Assembly: GCA_964609495.1 (NCBI GenBank)
Contig: CAZSTA010000016.1
Span: forward strand, 1 to 33,799
Length of the DNA stretch: 33,799 nt
Direction: 5' to 3'
Origin: an uncultured bacterium
Lineage (GTDB): Bacteria; CAZSTA01
Both the position numbers and the translations under genes were made by a program. The notes under the pieces are model-generated. The model saw nothing but the letters and a program-made list of their open reading frames with translations, made no database searches and had not been told where the DNA came from. Shown piece by piece: positions 25,906 to 33,799 of this stretch (the stretch's first letter is position 1; every line of letters begins with the position of its first letter).

Positions 25906-25934
25906 ATAATACCTAATCTGAGCTTTTTTGTCAA
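25906..25934 (-). promoter_or_regulatory. Sigma70-type promoter for the HD-GYP/feoB cluster
   Basis: TTGACA-17 bp-TATTAT. Confidence 0.7.
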
Positions 25935-26012
25935 GTGCTTAAGAAAAAAATTTTCGAACTCTTTTGGTTGTAAAATCATGCTAAGAAGATCCCGGGCTTG
26001 TCTCGGGGAGCG

Positions 26013-27842
26013 TCACTCCACGGTAACACTCTTCGCTAGGTTACGCGGTTTATCCACATCACAACCGAGTCGATCGGCTATGTAATAAGCTAGAAGCTGA
26101 AGCGGAATTACTGCTAGAGCAGGGGATAGGATCTCCAGGGTATAAGGGATTGGAATTATATGATCCGCATATTTCTTTATTTCCTTATCTTCCTCTGAAG
26201 CAACCACGATCCTCGTTGAATCTCTAGCTTTAGCCTCTTCAAGATTCCCCAGAAGCTTGCCGTAGGTTCGCCCGGGAAGAGCAACAGCCACTATCGGAGT
26301 ATTCTTATCGAGCAAAGCGATAGGACCATGCTTCATCTCACCTGCCGCGTATCCTTCAGCGTGAATATAGGAGATCTCTTTAAGCTTCAAGGCTCCTTCT
26401 AAAGCGGTGGGATAGTTGATCCCTCGCCCTAGATAGAGGAAGTCTTGGCAATCTGAGTAGAGGCGGGCACATTCTTTTATCTCCTTTGTCATTTGAAGTG
26501 TTAGTTGAGCTTTCTGAGGAAGCCTCAGTAGCTCTTCTATGATAGCTCGATGACGCTCTTTATCTACTATACCGCGTATCTCCTCCAAATATAAGGCGAG
26601 GAGATATAGACAGATGAGCATCCCACTATAGGCTTTAGTGGAGGCTACTCCTATCTCCGGTCCCGCGTGGATATATACCAATCCTCCCTCAGCTTCCCTG
26701 GTAAGGCTACTTCCCATTACGTTGACGATAGCAACAACTTTAGAGCCCTTCGCTTTCGCCTCTCTTACCGCCGCAAGTGTATCAGCGGTCTCGCCAGATT
26801 GACTTATAGCCACGGTCAGGTTGTTATCGAGGATAATAGGATCGCGATAGCGGAACTCAGAACCTAGATCAACCTCCACTGGCAGACGGATAAGTTTCTC
26901 TAGTATATATTTACCCACTAGACCAGCATGATAAGCTGTCCCACAAGCTATAATCGATATCCGCTGGAGTCTCCTGATCTCCTCTTCGTTCAATTTTAAA
27001 TTCTCTAGGATAACCTTCCCTTCACCAGGGAATAGTCTATTAGACATTGCGCTGCGAAAGACATCGGGCTGTTCGTTGATCTCCTTGAGCATAAAGTGCT
27101 TATAACCGCCCTTCTCTGTCATCATTACATCCCATTGGATATCCGTTATAGCTTTGGATACCAAAATTCCCTCTCTCGTTACCTTGACTCCGTCCCTGGT
27201 GAGGACTGCTATTTCCCCATCGTCCAGAAATATTATCCTTCGAGTGCGGGAGAGAAGAGCTGGAACATCGGAGGCGATAAATTGTTCTCCATCGCCTAAG
27301 CCTACTACCAGCGGGCTTCCTTTCCTAGCAGCTACTATCCTGTCAGCTTCGAGCGCGCTCATAACTCCTAGCGCATAACTCCCTTCTATCTCCTCAAGTG
27401 CCTTATGCACCGCTAGCTCCAGATCGCCTCTATAATGCTCCTCGATCAAGTGAGCGATCACCTCGGTATCGGTCTCGGTGCGAAAAGTATGCCCTGTTTT
27501 CTGCAATTGCTCCTTTAAGGGCAGGTAATTGTCGATGATCCCGTTATGAACAACGAGCAATTTTTCGGTGCAGTCGGTATGAGGATGAGCATTATAGACG
27601 GTAGGACGGCCATGCGTTGCCCATCTAGTATGCCCAAGCCCTATATGTCCTTTAACTATTTCGTCCTTTAAACTCTCCTCTAAGTTACATATTCTTCCTG
27701 AGCATTTCTTCAGTAATATACGATCGCCTTCAATAATAGCAATCCCAGCCGAATCGTAACCGCGATATTCTAAGCGGTGAAGTCCATCCAAAAGTATAGG
27801 GGCGGCTTCTTTATCTCCTATATAACCGATTATTCCACACAT
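26013..27842 (-). CDS. glmS: Glutamine--fructose-6-phosphate transaminase (isomerizing)
   Basis: MCGIIG (catalytic Cys), LEYRGYDS, GHTRWATHG, SQSGETADT and PRNLAKSVTVE. Start placed at the Met preceding the Cys. Confidence 0.98.
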   Translation of the reverse strand: MCGIIGYIGDKEAAPILLDGLHRLEYRGYDSAGIAIIEGDRILLKKCSGRICNLEESLKDEIVKGHIGLGHTRWATHGRPTVYNAHPHTDCTEKLLVVHNGIIDNYLPLKEQLQKTGHTFRTETDTEVIAHLIEEHYRGDLELAVHKALEEIEGSYALGVMSALEADRIVAARKGSPLVVGLGDGEQFIASDVPALLSRTRRIIFLDDGEIAVLTRDGVKVTREGILVSKAITDIQWDVMMTEKGGYKHFMLKEINEQPDVFRSAMSNRLFPGEGKVILENLKLNEEEIRRLQRISIIACGTAYHAGLVGKYILEKLIRLPVEVDLGSEFRYRDPIILDNNLTVAISQSGETADTLAAVREAKAKGSKVVAIVNVMGSSLTREAEGGLVYIHAGPEIGVASTKAYSGMLICLYLLALYLEEIRGIVDKERHRAIIEELLRLPQKAQLTLQMTKEIKECARLYSDCQDFLYLGRGINYPTALEGALKLKEISYIHAEGYAAGEMKHGPIALLDKNTPIVAVALPGRTYGKLLGNLEEAKARDSTRIVVASEEDKEIKKYADHIIPIPYTLEILSPALAVIPLQLLAYYIADRLGCDVDKPRNLAKSVTVE

Positions 27843-27918
27843 TAAATTCACTCCTTATAATTTGCGATTTATATAAATCTCTACTATTTTAGTCGTAGTT
27901 TAAAGATAAGTTTCGGTT

Positions 27919-27947
27919 ATTATATCACAGGTTGGTATAATAGTCAA
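27919..27947 (-). promoter_or_regulatory. Sigma70-type promoter of glmS
   Basis: TTGACT-17 bp-TATAAT with extended -10 TG. Confidence 0.75.
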
Positions 27948-27964
27948 TATAAGATGGAAGTAGC

Positions 27965-28157
27965 GAAGCGTATAAAATCTGGGATCTAATTTACTTTGCA
28001 TTACACCCTCCCCCTATCCCCCTCCCATCGAGGGAGGGGGGAACTAAAGAGAGCGAGCTTATCTCGATGTCCCCTCTCCCCTCGTGGGAGAGGGCCAGGG
28101 TGAGGGGAAGTTATAATTCGATCTGAAATCATTTTGATCCCCGATTCTATATGCTTC
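27965..28157. mobile_element. MITE-like unit: family B core (28004-28107) enclosed by 22-bp imperfect inverted repeats
   Basis: GAAGCGTATAAAATCTGGGATC (27965-86) and GATCCCCGATTCTATATGCTTC (28136-57) are 19/22 complementary. Confidence 0.6.
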
Positions 28158-28174
28158 CGCGATAATAAAAACGA

Positions 28175-28203
28175 TTGACATAATAGGAGTTTTCTGATAT
28201 TAT
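28175..28203 (+). promoter_or_regulatory. Sigma70-type promoter of the GH4 gene
   Basis: TTGACA-17 bp-TATTAT with TG. The downstream palindrome TGATATATATCA (28219-30) may be an operator. Confidence 0.7.
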
Positions 28204-28304
28204 ATAAACTGGTTTGGATGATATATATCAGTTATATTCATCTGGTCGTTAGATCTCGTTGACTTCATTAAGGTTATCACAAATTTTAAAGGAGGAATAT
28301 ATAA

Positions 28305-29627
28305 ATGGCAAAAGATGATGTATGTGAGGTAAACATTACGCTTATTGGAGGTGGATCATATAACTGGACGCCTAAACTTCTAGCTGACCTATCCTATGTG
28401 AAGGGTCTTGGGGGAAAGGTAACGTTGATGGACATCAATCCCGACGCGTTGAGCCTTATGACCAAGTTGGGTCAGAAGATTATGAGGGATTTGAAGGGGA
28501 ATTTCGAGGTTAAAGGGACTACCGACCTTGAGGAATCCCTGGAAGGTGCTCAATACATAGTTATGACGATCAATACTGGTGGATATGAAGCCACTCGCCA
28601 GGATATGGAGATCCCCGAGAAGTATGGGATCTTTCAAACCGTTGGGGATACGGCGGGACCCGGCGGACTAATTCGAGGGATCAGGAATATTCCAGTGGTA
28701 GCGAATATAGCGAAGAAAATGGAGGAGTGTTGTCCAGATGCTTTATTTATGAACTACTCCAATCCCTTGTGTATTATCACCAGAACTATAGCCAAGACAA
28801 GCAAGGTGAAGGTGGTTGGACTATGCCATGAGCTATTAGGGTTAGAGGGTAAGCTGATGGGCATCTTCGGGGTAGAGGAGAGAGGAAGGATAAAGATGAA
28901 AGTTGCCGGGATAAATCACTTCTCCTGGGTCCTGGAGGCATACCTAGAGGGAAGGGATCTCTTCCCCGAATTGAGAGAGCATATTCGCAATTATGAGTAT
29001 CCAGAGGTATCCTACGAGGAGTTCTCCCCTTATGCTGATATGCGCAAAGTCAAGTATGGCCTATTCGAAACGACGGGGGTTTTAGGGGTAGCTGGAGATC
29101 GCCACATCGTCGAGTTCTATTCTAACTTCATCTCCAAAGAATCCGAATATGGTTGGAAATATGGAGTAAAGCAGACTGATGCTGATGAGTTCGAGAGAGC
29201 CTATCTAGTTAGCGGAGAATATTCCCGCAAGATGCTAAGTGGCGAAGTAGCTCTTCCCAAGGGAGCCTCGGGCGAGATCGTCTTCGAGATCATCGAATCG
29301 ATCGAGAAGGATTTAAATTGGGAGTTCTTCGTCAATCTGCCTAATGAGGGACAAATCTCTAATCTTCCTAGGAATAGGATAGTTGAGACTTACGCGATAG
29401 CTAATGCCAAGGGGCTCTCTCCGATAGCAACCGGAGATCTTCCTCCTAGCGTAGCTCCTCAAGTTAGATTGCAATCCGATATTCAGGAGATGATCGTTGA
29501 GGCCACCCTGACCAATAATAAACAGCTAGCTTTACAGGCCTTCTTACTCGACCCCTTGGTTAAGGACTTCGACGATGGTCGCAAGATGTTCGAGGAGATG
29601 TGCGAAGCTCAAGGGCTATTCAAATAG
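28305..29627 (+). CDS. Family 4 glycoside hydrolase (NAD+/Mn2+-dependent)
   Basis: IGGGS, QTVGDTAGPGG, NYSNP, GLCHE, GINH and GDRH. Confidence 0.93.
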   Translation: MAKDDVCEVNITLIGGGSYNWTPKLLADLSYVKGLGGKVTLMDINPDALSLMTKLGQKIMRDLKGNFEVKGTTDLEESLEGAQYIVMTINTGGYEATRQDMEIPEKYGIFQTVGDTAGPGGLIRGIRNIPVVANIAKKMEECCPDALFMNYSNPLCIITRTIAKTSKVKVVGLCHELLGLEGKLMGIFGVEERGRIKMKVAGINHFSWVLEAYLEGRDLFPELREHIRNYEYPEVSYEEFSPYADMRKVKYGLFETTGVLGVAGDRHIVEFYSNFISKESEYGWKYGVKQTDADEFERAYLVSGEYSRKMLSGEVALPKGASGEIVFEIIESIEKDLNWEFFVNLPNEGQISNLPRNRIVETYAIANAKGLSPIATGDLPPSVAPQVRLQSDIQEMIVEATLTNNKQLALQAFLLDPLVKDFDDGRKMFEEMCEAQGLFK

Positions 29628-29670
29628 TAGGGAAAGTGATAGAGGGAAGATCGAGGGTTCAAGACATAAT

Positions 29671-29774
29671 TCCCCCTCACCCTATCCCTCTCCCACGAGG
29701 GGAGAGGGGATTCTTGAGAATTGCGATTCCTTTCATTTCCCCCTCCTTGACGGGAGGGGTTAGGGGAGGGTGAT
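29671..29774 (-). repeat. Family B double-hairpin element, reverse orientation
   Basis: CCCCCTCACCCTATCCCTCTCCCACGAGGGGAGAGGGG...CCCCCTCCTTGACGGGAGGGGTTAGGGGAGGGTGAT is the reverse complement of the other copies. Confidence 0.9.
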
Positions 29775-29890
29775 CTAGTCAATCTTGCTGGAGAAGGAAA
29801 AGTCCGCATAGATACCCTTCAAATTTTCTTTAACTATTTTTAATTCTACGTTATAATTAATAAAGGATGATCCCAGTTAGGAGAGTATAG

Positions 29891-32800
29891 ATGCTTCTTA
29901 AGAGTGGGAGCCTAGTAAGCGATAGATATAAGATTATAGATAAACTCGGGGAAGGTGGGATGGGAGCTGTCTTTAAGGCTTACGATCTTTCCTTGGAGCA
30001 GGAGGTAGCTCTCAAGACCCTGACTCCGATGATCGCTCAGGATGAGGGAACTAGACGCTTCCGCCGAGAGTTCCGCGCGGTGGCTAGGCTAAAGCATCCC
30101 AATATAGTCTCCGTCTATAACTTCGGCACTGATGACGGCCTTAATTACTTTACTATGGAATATGTGGAGGGTGAGGATCTAAAGAAGCTATGCGAGAAGC
30201 TAGTGGATACCGAGAAGGAGAGCGGTGTTTCCCTGCTTCCTAAGGGGAATTTTCACGTTATACTAGACATCTTCGCCCAGGTATGTCGAGCAGTAAAGTA
30301 TATCCATTCTCAAGGTATTATCCATCGCGATCTTAAGCCGGGAAATATCATGATCACTGATGATGGAGAAGTAGTCAAAATAATGGATTTCGGCTTAGCT
30401 AAATTGATCGATGTATCGGTGAACCTCACGCAGACCGGATCGATAATGGGAACTGCCGCCTATATGTCTCCTGAACAGGCCAGAGGATTGGAGGTAGATA
30501 GTCGCAGTGATCTCTACTCGCTTGGGATCATCCTCTATGAAGTGTTTACGGGAAGATTGCCCTTCGAGGGGGATAATCCTATCTCAGTGATCTTTATGCA
30601 TGTTACCGAGATGCCGATCGAACCTCACCAATATAATCCTGATATCCCTCCTGAGCTAGAGAGGACAATCCTTCGCCTGCTGGAGAAAGAGCCTATTGAT
30701 AGATATCAATCCGCTGGTGAGTTGCTCGCGGCTATAGAGAAGTCACGACCCAGCTTGATTATCCCCAGGGAAGAGATAGAGAGAAGGTCAATCGCCGAGT
30801 TGGCTATGCCAGATCGAATCTTCAAGGCGAAGCTGATCGGAAGGGAGAGGGAACTAGAGGAGTTAAAGGGTTATCTGGATAAAGTGCTGATGAAAAAGGG
30901 AGAGCTGGTTCTGATCGGGGGAGAGGTTGGCGTAGGGAAGACGAGATTAGTGGAGGAACTGAGGGGATATGGGCGTTTGAAAGGGGCGAAATTCCTTACC
31001 GGTCGTTGTTATGAACAGGAGGGCTCGATCTCCTATCAACCCTTTATCGAGGCATTTCGTCAATACTTCCGCGATGTCAGATTACATGAGGATTTAGGGA
31101 ATGTTCGAAGGATGATCAAAGGTCTGGAGCCGGAGTTAGTCAAGTTAATCCCCGATATCTCCGAGATCGCTCGTGAGGTAACCCCCAGCGTGAAGCTCAC
31201 TCCAGAGCAGGAGAAAAGCAGATTGTTTGATGCAGTATATCGTTTCTTAGTTAATATCTCGGAGAGGAATCCGATAGTTATCCTTCTCGACGATCTGCAA
31301 TGGGCAGATGAGATGACCCTACAACTTCTTCACTATATAGCTCGTAATATCAGAAATGATCGTATCCTCCTCTGTGGCACCTATCGGGAGGAGGAGGTGA
31401 GCGTTGGTAGGCATCCTCTAGCCGAGCTGATGCGCCGAATGAGCAGAGAGAGGATCCTCCAAAGAATTTCCCTCGCTCGTCTTTCCTTAGAGGAAGTCCA
31501 GCAGATGCTCTACTCCCTATTAGGAACTAAGGATCTCTCCTCTGACTTTGAGATGATGATCTATGAGGAGACGGAGGGGAATCCCTTCTTCATTGAGGAA
31601 GTGATAAAATCCTTAGTAGAAGAAGGAGTCCTGTATCTGTATAACGGAGTTTGGAAGAAGAAGATGGAGACGATTAAGATCGAGATACCTCCAACTATCT
31701 CTGATGTGGTGGAGAGGAGATTAGACTCATTAGATGAAGAGAAGAGAGAATTTATGAGCATAGCCGCGGTGATCGGGAAGGAATTTGATTTCGATGTGCT
31801 TATGGAGGTAAGTGGAAGAGATGAGGATGAGTTATTGGATATTATAGACGAGCTATTACGAACTCGGTTGATAGGAGAGGATAAGGCTTCTAAGGGAGAT
31901 AGATATTACTTTGCGCATGTGAAGATAAGAGAGGTATTATATGAGGAGATAAACGCGCGGAGAAGAAGAAGGCTACATCGGAAAATCGGGGAAGTTATCG
32001 AGGGGCTATATGAGGATAAGCTAGAGGAATATGTAGGAGAGTTAGCCTATCACTTCTATCGAGGTGAGCATCGGGAGAAGGCGATAGAGTATAGCTTGAG
32101 AGCAGGAGAGAGAGCGAAGAGAATATATGCGAATGAAGAGGCTATAAGATTCTATAGGATGGCCATCGAATTGCTAGAAAAGAGCGGGAATAATCTGGAA
32201 CAAAGAATAGACCTCATGGGTGAATTGGGGAATCTATATGATCTAGTGGGAGAATATGATATGGCATTCTCCTCTTATGAGGAGGCATTATCCTTAACCT
32301 CTGACGATCCTCTGTTAGTAACTAAACGGGTAGCTCTCAATCGTAATATAGGTGATACCTATCGCCGAAAGGGGGAATACAATAAAGCTCTGGAATATCT
32401 CAATTTTGGTCTTGATGAATTGGAGGAGGGAGACGATGAGATCGAGGCAAGTAAGATAATGAGCAATATGGGAGTGGTTTACGAACGAAAGGGAAGGTAT
32501 GATAAATCGGTTGAGTGCCAACTGAGAGCCCTGGAGTTTGCCCAGAGACAGAAAGATACCGGACAGATGGCTCAAGCATATAACAATCTGGGGATCACAT
32601 ATTATCGTAAGGGAGAGTGGGATAAAGCTAGCGGATATTTTAAACAAAGCTTGGAGATGAGAGAGAGCATCAAAGATATACAAGGAGTGGCGGATTCATA
32701 CCATTCGCTGGGCTTCATATATTTGAGGAAGAGCGAATTAGATAAAGCTATAGAATGCACGGAGAAGGGATTGGAGATAAGGAAAAAGATAGGTGATATG

Positions 32801-33712
32801 GATGGCATAGCTCGATCTCACAACGCTTTGGGTAATATATATCTAGATAGAAGAGATCACCAGAAAGCTCTATTGCATTATGAGAAGAGCCTAGCTATGA
32901 TGGAGAGGATGGGAGATGCGCGTGGGGCCGCGTTAGCGCTAAACAATCTGGGAGTTACCTATGCCGCTTCGAGTAAGTGGAATGAAGCTCTCAAGAACTA
33001 TGAGAAGAGCCTGGAGATATCCGAGGGGATAGGTGCTACCTTGGAGATGGCTCTAGCCTGTAATAACCTGGGAGAGATATACCTCAAGAAAGGGGAACTC
33101 TCTAGATCTATAGAATATTATCGACGTAGCATAGAGTTGAAGGAGGAGATAGGAAATTATAGTGGGGTAGCCTATTCCAGCAGTGAGTTAGGGATGGTAT
33201 ACTTTGAAATGATGGAATGTGATAAAGCTATAGAATGTTACCAGAGAGCGCTTGAGATAAGCGAGAGACTTGGCTATACTCTGGTTATGATCAGGGCTTA
33301 TCATAGCCTAGCGGAGGTTTATGCTGAGTTGGGTGATCTTGAGGAAGCGGAGAAGCACTGCCAACGAGCCTTGGAACTATCAGCCAATCTGGATGATAAG
33401 TTGGAACTAGGGAAGGGATACCGTATTCGGGCGAAGATAGATAAGCTCAAGGGCGAGGTAGGTCGTGCCCTTCAACATTTTGAGGAAAGTATAGCTATTC
33501 TTAAAGAGATAAATGATGTGTATAATTTAGGGAAGACCTACTACGAATTCGGACTGTATCTTGAAGGAATCCGAGATAGAGATAAGTCGCTTGATTATTT
33601 ACAAGAGGCTCTAAGTATCTTCGAGAGGCTAGGGGCAAAGTTGACCGCCAAGAGAGCAAGAGAAAAGGTTGAGGAGTTGGAAGAGCTTACTACACCTGAG
33701 AGTGACCAATAG
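29891..33712 (+). CDS. Ser/Thr protein kinase fused to STAND-class NTPase and TPR array
   Basis: Kinase motifs GEGGMG, VALK, HRDLKPGN, DFG and YMSPE. NTPase motifs LIGRERE, GEVGVGKT, LLDDLQWAD and GNPFF. About 500 aa of C-terminal TPRs. No transmembrane segment seen. Confidence 0.92.
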   Translation: MLLKSGSLVSDRYKIIDKLGEGGMGAVFKAYDLSLEQEVALKTLTPMIAQDEGTRRFRREFRAVARLKHPNIVSVYNFGTDDGLNYFTMEYVEGEDLKKLCEKLVDTEKESGVSLLPKGNFHVILDIFAQVCRAVKYIHSQGIIHRDLKPGNIMITDDGEVVKIMDFGLAKLIDVSVNLTQTGSIMGTAAYMSPEQARGLEVDSRSDLYSLGIILYEVFTGRLPFEGDNPISVIFMHVTEMPIEPHQYNPDIPPELERTILRLLEKEPIDRYQSAGELLAAIEKSRPSLIIPREEIERRSIAELAMPDRIFKAKLIGRERELEELKGYLDKVLMKKGELVLIGGEVGVGKTRLVEELRGYGRLKGAKFLTGRCYEQEGSISYQPFIEAFRQYFRDVRLHEDLGNVRRMIKGLEPELVKLIPDISEIAREVTPSVKLTPEQEKSRLFDAVYRFLVNISERNPIVILLDDLQWADEMTLQLLHYIARNIRNDRILLCGTYREEEVSVGRHPLAELMRRMSRERILQRISLARLSLEEVQQMLYSLLGTKDLSSDFEMMIYEETEGNPFFIEEVIKSLVEEGVLYLYNGVWKKKMETIKIEIPPTISDVVERRLDSLDEEKREFMSIAAVIGKEFDFDVLMEVSGRDEDELLDIIDELLRTRLIGEDKASKGDRYYFAHVKIREVLYEEINARRRRRLHRKIGEVIEGLYEDKLEEYVGELAYHFYRGEHREKAIEYSLRAGERAKRIYANEEAIRFYRMAIELLEKSGNNLEQRIDLMGELGNLYDLVGEYDMAFSSYEEALSLTSDDPLLVTKRVALNRNIGDTYRRKGEYNKALEYLNFGLDELEEGDDEIEASKIMSNMGVVYERKGRYDKSVECQLRALEFAQRQKDTGQMAQAYNNLGITYYRKGEWDKASGYFKQSLEMRESIKDIQGVADSYHSLGFIYLRKSELDKAIECTEKGLEIRKKIGDMDGIARSHNALGNIYLDRRDHQKALLHYEKSLAMMERMGDARGAALALNNLGVTYAASSKWNEALKNYEKSLEISEGIGATLEMALACNNLGEIYLKKGELSRSIEYYRRSIELKEEIGNYSGVAYSSSELGMVYFEMMECDKAIECYQRALEISERLGYTLVMIRAYHSLAEVYAELGDLEEAEKHCQRALELSANLDDKLELGKGYRIRAKIDKLKGEVGRALQHFEESIAILKEINDVYNLGKTYYEFGLYLEGIRDRDKSLDYLQEALSIFERLGAKLTAKRAREKVEELEELTTPESDQ

Positions 33713-33799
33713 GGGGTGCTACTTCCTAAATTTAGTAGCTTCAGTCCCTATTTATTTCTCCCCCATTCTTTAATCCTAGTCAGAAGCCCCTTTGATTGT

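Noticed and set aside
25761-25979. 72-aa ORF upstream of HD-GYP
   Set aside because: It spans the predicted promoter and Fur box, is AT-rich and has no convincing RBS.
26050-26058. Perfect DnaA box inside glmS
   Set aside because: A single copy within codons for CDVDKP; plausible by chance.
27852-27918. glmS ribozyme in the glmS leader
   Set aside because: The predicted 5' UTR is only about 70 nt and lacks the conserved AGCGCC...GACGAGG core.
29575-29809. ORFs 29575..29763 and 29609..29809
   Set aside because: They are translations of the family B repeat (SPSPYPSPTRGEG, SPSPNPSRQGGG).
2484-32808. Numerous short ORFs overlapping the long genes (e.g. 3573..3974, 3740..4315, 6648..7283, 13138..13485, 24471..24851, 32315..32683)
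   Set aside because: They are antisense or alternate-frame shadows of well-supported genes and have no recognisable motifs.
1-33799. tRNA, rRNA, transposase, integrase or prophage genes
   Set aside because: None recognised by eye; tRNAscan-SE and Infernal were not run.

Overview
A 33.8-kb scaffold segment from a bacterium with moderate GC, probably an anaerobe (RACo-type corrinoid activator, FeoB, GH4). It has three assembly gaps: 7681-7690, 14243-14342 and 17739-17838. Left, + strand: a DciA/DUF721 Zn-ribbon gene, a RemB/DUF370 gene, a sugar isomerase, a Gfo/Idh/MocA oxidoreductase, a GH38 alpha-mannosidase, a small unknown gene and an M6 metalloprotease. Middle, - strand in transcription order: amidohydrolase, UVR-motif protein, VapBC-type toxin-antitoxin pair, carbohydrate ABC transporter, unknown (alpha/alpha)-barrel enzyme, TPR protein and RACo-like ASKHA ATPase. 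A structured 0.9-kb intergenic region follows, with DnaA boxes, divergent promoters and leader hairpins. Right: rsgA, an HD-GYP/feoB/Cys-rich/DtxR cluster behind a Fur-like box, glmS, a GH4 glycosidase and a kinase-STAND-TPR protein. The most striking unannotated signal is two families of small palindromic elements. Family A (about 50 or 68 bp, AAAGGGRACTTTT...AAAAGTYCCCTTT, 5 loci) lies inside coding sequence twice. It is in frame within the RACo gene, and it frameshifts the vapC 3' end, where removing 50 bp restores a plausible tail. Family B (about 100-bp GC-rich double hairpin, 4 copies plus a fragment) appears wrapped in different terminal inverted repeats at different loci. All protein assignments come from motif recognition; no database search was run.
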